A DNA stretch of 64,000 nt, from contig JAJRTN010000039.1 of the NCBI GenBank assembly GCA_024278275.1, positions 21,030 to 85,029 on the forward strand. The letters run 5' to 3'. Shown in pieces: positions 10,483 through 18,727 of this stretch. The notes beneath the pieces are model-generated. The model ran no database searches, was not told where the DNA came from, and saw only the letters and a list, made by a program, of their open reading frames with translations. This stretch comes from Candidatus Hydrogenedentota bacterium. Lineage in GTDB: Bacteria > Hydrogenedentota > Hydrogenedentia > Hydrogenedentales > JAJRTN01. The position numbers and the translations under genes are program-made. Position 1 is the first letter of the stretch; each line of letters starts with the position of its first letter.

Positions 10483-11223
10483 CTAGCCTTCTTCAATCGT
10501 CAGGTGGATCTCCGCGGACGGGCTGTTGAAGATGCGCTTGGATTCGCCAACCCCCATGATGACGCTGCCCAGGAAGCGGGCGTCACCGCCTTCGACTCGG
10601 CTTTCGCTTTTGCTCTCGTTAAGTTTGTTCTCCTCGCCCGATTGTTCCCGGCCCAGGTGTCCCTCAAAGCGCAGCAGAACCCGGTCCCCCTCATCCAGCG
10701 GCATGACTTCGCCACGTATCTCGAAGGCACCCTCGCCGCCATGCTCGGTCTGCTCCCGTGCTTCCACATGGGCCGCCTCGCGCTCGTGGCGGTTTGCGCC
10801 CGCCTCGAAATGGCGCGTGGCGGTGAGAATGGACACCGAGCCGTGCAGCGTTTCGAAGATCAGACGCAGCGTGCGGCCCAGCATGCCCGGATCTTCGGGG
10901 CTTTCCCCGTGTTCTTCGGCCTCCTCCCGCGCATGGCGTTCCCGCGCTTCGCGCTCCTCCCGGGCCAACTGTTCCAACAGTTCCAAAGACCAATTATGAA
11001 CCTGGTCGAGCCGTTCGCCCAGCTCGGTGACAATGCGTTCACTGAACACGCGAAGGTCGTTTTCATCCACCTCCGCGAGTTGCACCATGGCCTCAGCCAG
11101 GTCCGCGTGGGTCCGGTCCAGGGCTTCCCGCGCATGGTCCATCATGGCGTCCCACTCTTGCGCAACCGCCGGTGAGGCCGCCACGAGAAGTGCCAAACAC
11201 AACGTAACAGCGATTTTTCGCAT
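10483..11223 (-). CDS. Exported hypothetical protein, Glu/His/Arg-rich
   Basis: Signal peptide MRKIAVTLCLALLVAASPAVA and a CAGGAGG RBS. Confidence 0.75.
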   Translation of the reverse strand: MRKIAVTLCLALLVAASPAVAQEWDAMMDHAREALDRTHADLAEAMVQLAEVDENDLRVFSERIVTELGERLDQVHNWSLELLEQLAREEREARERHAREEAEEHGESPEDPGMLGRTLRLIFETLHGSVSILTATRHFEAGANRHEREAAHVEAREQTEHGGEGAFEIRGEVMPLDEGDRVLLRFEGHLGREQSGEENKLNESKSESRVEGGDARFLGSVIMGVGESKRIFNSPSAEIHLTIEEG

Positions 11224-11250
11224 GTCTTCATCCTCCTGACTGGTTGGGGG

Positions 11251-11532
11251 CTAATCGTCGATATAAAGTATGGCCCGCTTGCCTTCGATATTGGGCGGCA
11301 GGGGGGTGGAAACACGCAAAACGAGCTCGGCGCTCTTACCCCCACCCACGGTGACATCCAGGCGGTGCCCACCCGCATCGGCGTGCTTTCGCCCCACATG
11401 CACCGCCACGATTCGTCCCGTAAGACTGCGCGGCGGGGAAACCGGGGGAGACGCCGGCGTATGCGTGCCCAGACCGTCGATGGGTTCCTTGCCGCCTACC
11501 GGGGTGATATGGTCCCGAAACTCATCCGACAT
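11251..11532 (-). CDS. Hypothetical protein, 93 aa
   Basis: GGAG RBS; fits between co-directional genes. Confidence 0.6.
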   Translation of the reverse strand: MSDEFRDHITPVGGKEPIDGLGTHTPASPPVSPPRSLTGRIVAVHVGRKHADAGGHRLDVTVGGGKSAELVLRVSTPLPPNIEGKRAILYIDD

Positions 11533-11558
11533 AATCGTCTCCGCCGCGGGAAACCGGG

Positions 11559-12110
11559 CTACGTTCGAACCAGTCCCGCTTCCACCGTGTCGCGCTGTTC
11601 TTTGCCCAGCAACGTCTCCACGATGGCCAAGGCAAAGTCCATGGCCGTGCCCGGCCCCCGTGAAGTGATCACCTTGCCATCCCGTTCCACGGCCGCACCC
11701 GTGCAGGTCAGGGCCGGGTACTTGCCGCCATCAATACATCCGGGGTACCCCGTCGCCCTTTTCCCATCCAGCAGACCGGCATTGGCCAAGACACGAGGCG
11801 CGGCACAGATGGCGCCAATGAATTTCCCGGCACCGGCCATGTCTTTTAAGATGCCGGTGATGCGCGGGTCCGCTTCCAGGTTATCCGTTCCCGGCAGACC
11901 GCCCGGAAGCACCACCATGTCGAAATTACCTTCGAGGGCCTGATCCAGGCCCATATCCGGGCATATGCACACGCCATGGGCTCCCTTGACACAATCCTTC
12001 GTGAGTCCCGCGGTCACCACGTCCAAATCGGCCCGGCGAAGCACGTCAACGATAGTAATGGCCTCGATCTCTTCACAACCTTGCGCCAGGGGCACGAGCA
12101 CTTTGGGCAT
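11559..12110 (-). CDS. DJ-1/YajL(ThiJ)/PfpI family protein
   Basis: GCEEIEA, LPGG.PG, nucleophile AICAAP and TSRGPGT motifs; AGGAGG RBS. Confidence 0.93.
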   Translation of the reverse strand: MPKVLVPLAQGCEEIEAITIVDVLRRADLDVVTAGLTKDCVKGAHGVCICPDMGLDQALEGNFDMVVLPGGLPGTDNLEADPRITGILKDMAGAGKFIGAICAAPRVLANAGLLDGKRATGYPGCIDGGKYPALTCTGAAVERDGKVITSRGPGTAMDFALAIVETLLGKEQRDTVEAGLVRT

Positions 12111-12147
12111 GACCAATCCTCCTGTCACGGCCTGCGTTCCATGTCAG

Positions 12148-12360
12148 TTGACAAAGCCAGTCGGTAACCGTTCACGGAGAGCACAACCCTGCCCGTGCCG
12201 CCGGCACCAGGCTAAATAAGGGAAGGACAAACGCCCGCCTGTCTATTGACCGGGCGTGGAGAACCCTCAAAAGCGACCGCTTGGTGAACACAAAGCACCT
12301 GGCACCTACGGACGCGCGGGGTCGCGACACTACCGGATTTCCGTGAACAGCTTACGTCAA
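12148..12360 (-). ncRNA. Candidate structured ncRNA; long rod with central bubble, 6S RNA-like
   Basis: 5' and 3' ends pair (gtaagctgttcacgg / ccgtgaacggttac), with nested stems and an apical hairpin; G-U pairs favour the minus strand; near-consensus promoter directly upstream. Confidence 0.5.
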
Positions 12361-12365
12361 TCTAA

Positions 12366-12394
12366 AGTTTAGCGCCAGCCCCGCGAGGTGTCAA
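12366..12394 (-). promoter_or_regulatory. Sigma70 promoter for the candidate RNA and/or the DJ-1 operon
   Basis: Minus strand TTGACA-17 bp-TAAACT. Confidence 0.7.
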
Positions 12395-12432
12395 CCCCGC
12401 CCTTGTCCCAAATATATGCTTGCCTCTTCCTC

Positions 12433-12471
12433 CCGTCATTCCCGCGCACGCGGGAATCCACGGGAAAAGGT
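12433..12471 (+). repeat. Family A palindromic repeat, single arm
   Basis: ccgtcattcccgcgcacgcgggaatccacgggaaaaggt is nearly identical to the reverse complement of 8690-8726. Confidence 0.8.
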
Positions 12472-12572
12472 AAATTCCCGTAAGGGACCACCCTTCTGGC
12501 CTGTGTGGCGGCGAGAGGATTTGGCGCGGCGGGGCCGCAGGAATGCGTGACGATAGGGGCGAAACGCTCGCG

Positions 12573-12602
12573 ACAGGCATGCCCACGTCGGGCCGTGGGA
12601 AC
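12573..12602 (-). repeat. Family B REP-like hairpin
   Basis: Minus strand gttcccacggcccgacgtgggcatgcctgt resembles 39304-39335. Confidence 0.6.
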
Positions 12603-12639
12603 ATGCGGAAAGGGTCTTGTCCGGCCCAACGTTCCCCGT

Positions 12640-14031
12640 CTACTGTGCCTCCAGGTCGTATTTCTGGAGCCGGTAGCGAAGGGATCGTGGTGTGAGGCCA
12701 AGCATGGCGGCGGCCTTTTTCTGCGAATAGCGGCTGGCCTCCAGGGCCTGTCGGATCAGGCGTGTTTCCGTTTCTTCGATGAGTGCTTCAAGATCGATAC
12801 CTTCGGGAGGCAACGAGACGACCGCGGGTTTTTCGACGGGCACGAAATCCTGAATATTCTGGGGCAGATCGCTCATTTTAATCACGTTGTCAGAGCACAG
12901 GGCCACGGCGCGCTCCATGATGTTGCACAACTCGCGCACGTTTCCCGGCCAGGTGTAGCGTTGCAGCGCGGCCATGGCGTCGGCGGCAATATCCATGTCG
13001 CCACGGCCCATGTTGTCGGCATGCCTTCGGATAAAATGCCGCGCCAGCAGGGGAATGTCGTCGGCGCGGTCGCGGAGGGGCGGCACATGGATCGGGATGA
13101 CATTCAACCGGTAATATAAATCATTGCGAAACGTGCCCTCTTCGGCCATTTTCGCCAGGTTGCGATTGGTAGCCGAGATGATTCGCACATCCACTTTGAT
13201 CTCCGATGTGCCCCCCACGGGCGTCACCGTGCTGTTGTCCAACACACGCAGCAGCTTCACCTGGAGCATGAGGGGCATCTCGCCGATTTCATCGAGGAAA
13301 ACGGTTCCGCCGCTGGCCACGACAAAGAGCCCCTCCTTGTCTTCAATGGCCCCGGTAAAGGCCCCGCGCTTGTGTCCAAACAATTCGCTTTCGAGAAGGT
13401 TTTCCGGAATCCCGCCGCAGTTGATGGCGACAAAAGGCTTGTCTACACGGTCACTCAGGTTATGCAGCGCCCGTGCCACCAGTTCTTTGCCCGCCCCGCT
13501 GTCACCGTGAATGGCAACCGTGCTCGGCAGCTTCGCCACGCGGCGAATCATGGAGAGCACTTCCTGAAAGGCGCTGCTCTGGCCGATCATATTTTCGATC
13601 TTGGCGCTGAGCTGCTGTTGCTTGCGCATGGCCACGTTTTCGCGGACCAGGTTGCGTTGGGCGATAGCGCGTTCGACCCGAAGCCGGATCTCGTCGTTAC
13701 TCTTGAAGGGCTTCTGGATGTAGTCCGTGGCGCCCCGCTGCATGGCCTCGACGGCCGTTTCCACCGAGCAGTGGGCGGTCATCATGATGGAGGGAGTCGT
13801 GGGAGCGTGCTCTTTCAGCCAGCTCAGCAGGGTGAGCCCCGCCTCGCGCTCGCTTCCCATGCGAAGGTCGGTCAACACCACGTCGAACTGCTTCTTCTGC
13901 AAAAGCGAAACGGCTTCGTCCACGCCGGAAACCGATTCCACCACGTGGCCGGCGTTCTCCAGCACGATTTCGAGCACTTCTCGCATACCCAATTCGTCAT
14001 CGACGACGAGCACCTGATATTGCACCGCCAT
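12640..14031 (-). CDS. pilR: Sigma54-dependent response regulator, PilR/NtrC family
   Basis: Receiver domain (VVDDE, TDLRM), AAA+ domain with ESELFGH and GAFTGA, Fis-type HTH; adjacent to pilS/pilT/pilB. Confidence 0.85.
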   Translation of the reverse strand: MAVQYQVLVVDDELGMREVLEIVLENAGHVVESVSGVDEAVSLLQKKQFDVVLTDLRMGSEREAGLTLLSWLKEHAPTTPSIMMTAHCSVETAVEAMQRGATDYIQKPFKSNDEIRLRVERAIAQRNLVRENVAMRKQQQLSAKIENMIGQSSAFQEVLSMIRRVAKLPSTVAIHGDSGAGKELVARALHNLSDRVDKPFVAINCGGIPENLLESELFGHKRGAFTGAIEDKEGLFVVASGGTVFLDEIGEMPLMLQVKLLRVLDNSTVTPVGGTSEIKVDVRIISATNRNLAKMAEEGTFRNDLYYRLNVIPIHVPPLRDRADDIPLLARHFIRRHADNMGRGDMDIAADAMAALQRYTWPGNVRELCNIMERAVALCSDNVIKMSDLPQNIQDFVPVEKPAVVSLPPEGIDLEALIEETETRLIRQALEASRYSQKKAAAMLGLTPRSLRYRLQKYDLEAQ

Positions 14032-14051
14032 GTCCCGGTTGCTCCCTGGTT

Positions 14052-15707
14052 CTATGTGTCCGGCGTCTCCGTATCGTCTCCGCCACCCACCACCCGGGGA
14101 AGGCGAACCCGCATCGAAGTGCCGCCTTCCGGCCGTGCGGCCACCTGCATGGTCCCATCGTGGGAAGTCACAATGCGGAGACAAATGGCCAGCCCCATAC
14201 CGACGCCTCGCTCTTTCTCGGTGAAAAAAGGCTCAAAAATGCGTGACACCTTGTCCGGCGGGATTCCCGGCCCCTCATCATCGAAGCGGACTTCGGCCGG
14301 ACCGGCGTCCGTGAGCAGCGAGATGGTCAAGGTGCCCTGCTCGTGCATCGCCTCAATGGCGTTCTGACCGAGGTTAAGAAAAACCTGACGCAACTGCATG
14401 CGGTCCCCCAGCACCTCGACCACGGTCTCCGGGGTCCGCGTGGTAATACGCAGATCCCGGGCATGGGCAAACTGCCGTTCAAGATGGGCGCGCACGTTGT
14501 CCACCATGGCACTGAGATTCACGATGGTGTGGCGGCGGCTGGGATCCCGCGCGAAATCCAGGAATCCCGTCACGATATCATTCAAATGGTCGGACTCACG
14601 AATGGCGATATTGGCCAAGCGCTCCACCATGGCCGGCTTCTCCGTACCCCGGCGCAATTCTTCCATCGCCCCGCGAATAGCGGCCACCGGATTGCGTATC
14701 TCATGGGCCAGGCCGGCCGTCAGCTCGCCGATTACCGCCATCCGGTCCTGCTGTTGGAGGAGCTGACGCATGTGGGCCATCTCCGTCAAGTCGGTAAACG
14801 AGGCGATGAGGCCCGTAACAGCGCCGCGTGAATCACGCAAAGGGTTGGTGGTGAGTCCCAGCAATTTGGTTTCTTGTTCACCCACGCGGGCGTGAAACTC
14901 ATAACTGGTGAAATCCTTCTGGCTGCGCAGGGCGGTCACCACGGGATTCTCGGCGCCGCTTTCCGGCATTATGATGCCTTCCACGTGACGTCCCGCCACG
15001 TTCCCTTCATCGACGCCCAGAATATGGCAGGCCGCCCGGTTCATGGCGATCACCAGTCCCTTGGTGTCGCAGATCAGGAATCCACTGCTCAGGTTGTCGA
15101 GGATCTCCCGCTGAAACTGCTTCATCCCGCTGACGCGCTGATTCCAATAGCCGCTTATGAAGGCCGTAAAGAAGAATCCAATCACGAGAATGAGAAAGTG
15201 ATACCAGTGGGTCAGGGGGTCGTCGCTCCGCGGCGTGGATACGGCGAAATGGAAAAACATGAACAACGAGGAGAGCGTGGCGAAAACAAAGCCCTGGCTG
15301 AGTCCCATGAGGACACCCGCCTCCAGGATGACCGTCACCAGTAGGAAGGTAAAGAAACTCTTTTCCGCGCCACTAAAGCTGATGGTAATGGCCACCACGC
15401 CAAAATCCACCATCATCTGCATCCAGGTGAGGGCGGGGTTGACTCCCGGCCGCCCCCGCAGCGACACCAGGTACCAGATGCCGCTGGCGCAGGCCGCCAG
15501 GTAAACCCCCGTGAGAAGGAACAGATAACGCTCCTCCGCGGCCACCAGGTGGGCGCCCGTGGCCACCACGAGCAGCAGACCCAGGCGGGCCGCGCCCACG
15601 AACCAGAGCCACGATACGGGGCCGTCGTAGGAAGGCGCCAGGAAGCCGAACGTTGCGGGAACCTTAAACGCCCCGCCCGATGATTGTAACGACGTCTTCC
15701 GGGTCAC
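14052..15707 (-). CDS. pilS: PilS-like membrane sensor histidine kinase (about 6 TM, PAS, HisKA, HATPase)
   Basis: AHEIRNP H-box, NLGQNA, DEGPGI, FEPFFT and GVGMGL; multi-TM N-terminus; 4-bp overlap with pilT. Confidence 0.85.
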   Translation of the reverse strand: MTRKTSLQSSGGAFKVPATFGFLAPSYDGPVSWLWFVGAARLGLLLVVATGAHLVAAEERYLFLLTGVYLAACASGIWYLVSLRGRPGVNPALTWMQMMVDFGVVAITISFSGAEKSFFTFLLVTVILEAGVLMGLSQGFVFATLSSLFMFFHFAVSTPRSDDPLTHWYHFLILVIGFFFTAFISGYWNQRVSGMKQFQREILDNLSSGFLICDTKGLVIAMNRAACHILGVDEGNVAGRHVEGIIMPESGAENPVVTALRSQKDFTSYEFHARVGEQETKLLGLTTNPLRDSRGAVTGLIASFTDLTEMAHMRQLLQQQDRMAVIGELTAGLAHEIRNPVAAIRGAMEELRRGTEKPAMVERLANIAIRESDHLNDIVTGFLDFARDPSRRHTIVNLSAMVDNVRAHLERQFAHARDLRITTRTPETVVEVLGDRMQLRQVFLNLGQNAIEAMHEQGTLTISLLTDAGPAEVRFDDEGPGIPPDKVSRIFEPFFTEKERGVGMGLAICLRIVTSHDGTMQVAARPEGGTSMRVRLPRVVGGGDDTETPDT

Positions 15708-16780
15708 GCCGTTCCTTTATCGATCAGGTGTTGCAGTCCTTCGGGGTCGGAGCTGCGTTTAAAAGCCATGTCTGTGGTGATAATACCGCGCCGCATAAGG
15801 CGGTACAGCGATTGGTTCATGGTACACATTCCCTCGCCCTTTCCGATCTCGATCATGGAAGGAATCTGCTCCAGTTTTTCGGCGCGAATAAGAGAGCGGA
15901 TGGCGGGATTGGCGAGCATGACCTCCATGGCCAGCGCGCGGCCCATGCCGTCGGCACGGGGAATGAGCTGTTGCACCACGACGGCTTCCAGTACGAAAGA
16001 AAGCTGCGTCCGTACCTGATCTTGCTGCGAGGCGGGAAACACGTCGATAATACGGTTCATGGTCTGAAGGGCGTCGTTCGTGTGGAGTGTCGCAAAAGCG
16101 AGGTGGCCGGTTTCCGCCACCGTAAGCGCCGCCTGGATGGTTTCCGTATCCCGCATTTCACCGATGAGTATAACATCCGGATCCTGTCGCAGCACCCGCT
16201 TCAGGGCGTCGGAAAAGGAATTCGTGTCCGCGTGTATTTCTCGCTGATTTACCACCGCGCGGTTATGCCGATGAAGGTACTCGATGGGGTCCTCGATGGT
16301 GATAATGTGCACGTTGCGCTCGCGGTTGATCTTGTCCACGATGGCGGCCAGGGTGGTGGATTTGCCGCTGCCCGTCGGCCCGCACACCAGGACCAGTCCA
16401 ACGGGGTAGTCGGCGAATTCCGAGATCACGCGGGGCAGCCCCAGTTGCTCGAAAGAGAGGATTTCGAAAGGAATCGCCCGGAAAGCCGCCACCACCGAGC
16501 CGCGGTCACGGTAGACATTGAGGCGAAAACGGCTCAGTCCCTCGACACCGAAAGACATGTCGCATTCCCGTGTCTCCTCGAATTCGGAGATCTGCTCCTC
16601 ATTCATGACACTGTAAATGATTTCCTGCGTTTGATCCGCATTGAGCCGCTCGTACCCGGTCAGGGCCTCCAGGCCGCCGTGGATACGAATCATGGGCGGC
16701 CCCCCCACCACGATATGAAGGTCGCTCGCCCCTTCCTGGATCATCTTGGTCAGCAGTTCTTTTATCGTTGGCGTGGCCAT
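15704..16780 (-). CDS. pilT: PilT retraction ATPase (copy 2)
   Basis: [26 protein letters not shown] and AIRSLIR. Confidence 0.95.
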   Translation of the reverse strand: MATPTIKELLTKMIQEGASDLHIVVGGPPMIRIHGGLEALTGYERLNADQTQEIIYSVMNEEQISEFEETRECDMSFGVEGLSRFRLNVYRDRGSVVAAFRAIPFEILSFEQLGLPRVISEFADYPVGLVLVCGPTGSGKSTTLAAIVDKINRERNVHIITIEDPIEYLHRHNRAVVNQREIHADTNSFSDALKRVLRQDPDVILIGEMRDTETIQAALTVAETGHLAFATLHTNDALQTMNRIIDVFPASQQDQVRTQLSFVLEAVVVQQLIPRADGMGRALAMEVMLANPAIRSLIRAEKLEQIPSMIEIGKGEGMCTMNQSLYRLMRRGIITTDMAFKRSSDPEGLQHLIDKGTA

Positions 16781-16831
16781 ACCCTTGTTTCCTCCCGCGT
16801 TATCGCGCGTGGCCCTGTCATCAATCGCAGG

Positions 16832-16916
16832 CGTTCACGGTCCCGTTGCGGGTGCCACACGCACCCGACGCGAAATCCCGCCAATCCACAGGTTTTCCAA
16901 GGTCGTGAACAGTTAC
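16832..16916 (+). repeat. Family C element with an internal hairpin, between pilB and pilT
   Basis: Ends cgttcacgg and cgtgaacagttac as in the 10205 and 12164 elements; internal stem cgggtgc/gcacccg. Confidence 0.55.
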
Positions 16917-16918
16917 CA

Positions 16919-18643
16919 TCAGTCCTCCATCGTATGCTCCAACACCTGTTCGATGGAGGACAAACCCTTGGCCGCCTTGGCCAGTGCGTTTTGGCGAAGC
17001 GACTTCATCCCGCAACGAATGGCCGCCTCCTTAATCTCGTAGCCCGTGGCGTTCTTGAGCACCAGGGGGTGAATCTCGGGCCAGTTCAGCAACACTTCCG
17101 TGGCGGCGACCCGCCCGCGATAACCCGTTTCCTTGCATTTGCCGCATCCACGCCCCCGCACGAAGGTGGGTTTCTCGATGTAATCGAACGGCTTGAACTG
17201 AATCCGGTCCAGCACGTCCTGGGGAACCATAATGGGTTCCTTACACTCGGCGCACACCCGCTTAAGCAAACGCTGGGCCGCCGCCAGGGCAACGGACGAT
17301 TGTACCAAAAAGGGTTCGATCCCCATGTCGATGAGACGGGGAAACACGCCCGGCGCGTCGTTGGTGTGCAGCGTGCTGAGCACGAGGTGTCCCGTCAGCG
17401 CCGCCTTCACGGCCACGTCCGCCGTTTCACCGTCTCGAATCTCGCCGACCATCACCACATCCGGGTCCTGGCGCAGAATCTGGCGAAGCGCCTGGGCAAA
17501 GGTAAAACCAATGGCTGACTGCACCTGGACCTGGTTCACCCCGAACAATTCATACTCGATGGGATCTTCGACCGTTACCAGATTGCTCTCAACCCGGTTC
17601 AATTCATGGAGTGCACTATAGAGCGTGGTCGTTTTACCGCTACCCGTCGGCCCCGTGAGCAGTATCATTCCGTGGGGCATTTTCAGGGCCTCGGCAAAGG
17701 CTTCCATGGGCTGAGGCTCAAATCCCAGTTTCTCCAGGTCCAGGGTCAGATTGCCTTGGTCAAGCACGCGGAGCACGATCTTCTCCCCGAACTTGGTGGG
17801 CAGAAAACCCACGCGAAAATCGATTTCACGGCCCTTGTAGCGAATACGGAACCGCCCGTCCTGGGGAAGGCGGTGTTCGTCGATACGGCAGCCCGCCAGG
17901 ATCTTGAAGCGGGCGATAATGTTGTGTTGAAGCGATTTGGGCGGGGCCTTCGCTTCTTCAAGCGTACCGTCAACGCGGTAACGGATCCGGATGAGTTTTT
18001 CAAAGGGCTCGAAATGGATGTCGCTCGCATCGCGCTCCAGGGCATTGAAGAGGATGAGCCGCGCCAGCTTTTTTACCGGCTCGTCCTCCGAACCGGCTTC
18101 CAGTTTTGACACGTCCTCAATGTCATCCTGCTCTTTCAATTCCTCCATCTTTTCCGCGTCACTATCCTGGCCGACAAGCGAATCGTACAGGTTTTCGGCC
18201 GCGTCGCCACCATAGTTTCGCTCAATGGCATCGGCCAATTCCGAGGCCACGGCGACCACCGGCTCGATGTCATAGCTGATCAGCATGCGCAGGTCGTCCA
18301 GCGCCATGATGTTCAGCGGGTCGGCCATGGCGAGGGTGAGCACGTCGCCCGTAACGGACACGGGCAGCATGAGGTACTGGCGCGCCAGGGTTTCGGGCAC
18401 TTCGGCCAAGACCTCTTTGGGAATCGAATAGTGGGCAACGCGGATATGGGGTATGCCGAGTTGCTCACTGAGGGTAATCACCAGATCTTCTTCCGAAAGA
18501 TAGCCCCTCTCCACGAGAAGACTGGGCAGACTCTGGCCCGAGCTGCGGTGAAGAGCGATGCACTCGCGCAACTGTTCCTCGGTAACAAGCTTCTGTTCGA
18601 GAAGCATGTCGGGAAGTCGTTTCCTGGGAATCCTGGTGGCCAA
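16919..18643 (-). CDS. pilB: PilB/GspE extension ATPase (copy 3) with a degenerate MshEN-like N-terminus
   Basis: ASDIH, GPTGSGKTT, LRQDPD, STLHTN and CxxC/CxxC; TTG start behind an AAGGA RBS. Confidence 0.93.
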   Translation of the reverse strand: MATRIPRKRLPDMLLEQKLVTEEQLRECIALHRSSGQSLPSLLVERGYLSEEDLVITLSEQLGIPHIRVAHYSIPKEVLAEVPETLARQYLMLPVSVTGDVLTLAMADPLNIMALDDLRMLISYDIEPVVAVASELADAIERNYGGDAAENLYDSLVGQDSDAEKMEELKEQDDIEDVSKLEAGSEDEPVKKLARLILFNALERDASDIHFEPFEKLIRIRYRVDGTLEEAKAPPKSLQHNIIARFKILAGCRIDEHRLPQDGRFRIRYKGREIDFRVGFLPTKFGEKIVLRVLDQGNLTLDLEKLGFEPQPMEAFAEALKMPHGMILLTGPTGSGKTTTLYSALHELNRVESNLVTVEDPIEYELFGVNQVQVQSAIGFTFAQALRQILRQDPDVVMVGEIRDGETADVAVKAALTGHLVLSTLHTNDAPGVFPRLIDMGIEPFLVQSSVALAAAQRLLKRVCAECKEPIMVPQDVLDRIQFKPFDYIEKPTFVRGRGCGKCKETGYRGRVAATEVLLNWPEIHPLVLKNATGYEIKEAAIRCGMKSLRQNALAKAAKGLSSIEQVLEHTMED

Positions 18644-18727
18644 AATATGTGTCCTTCTCCGCCATCCTGGTGACGTACATCAAAAACATTCGGGGGATGG
18701 ACCACCGTCCATACACGGCTCACGGCA

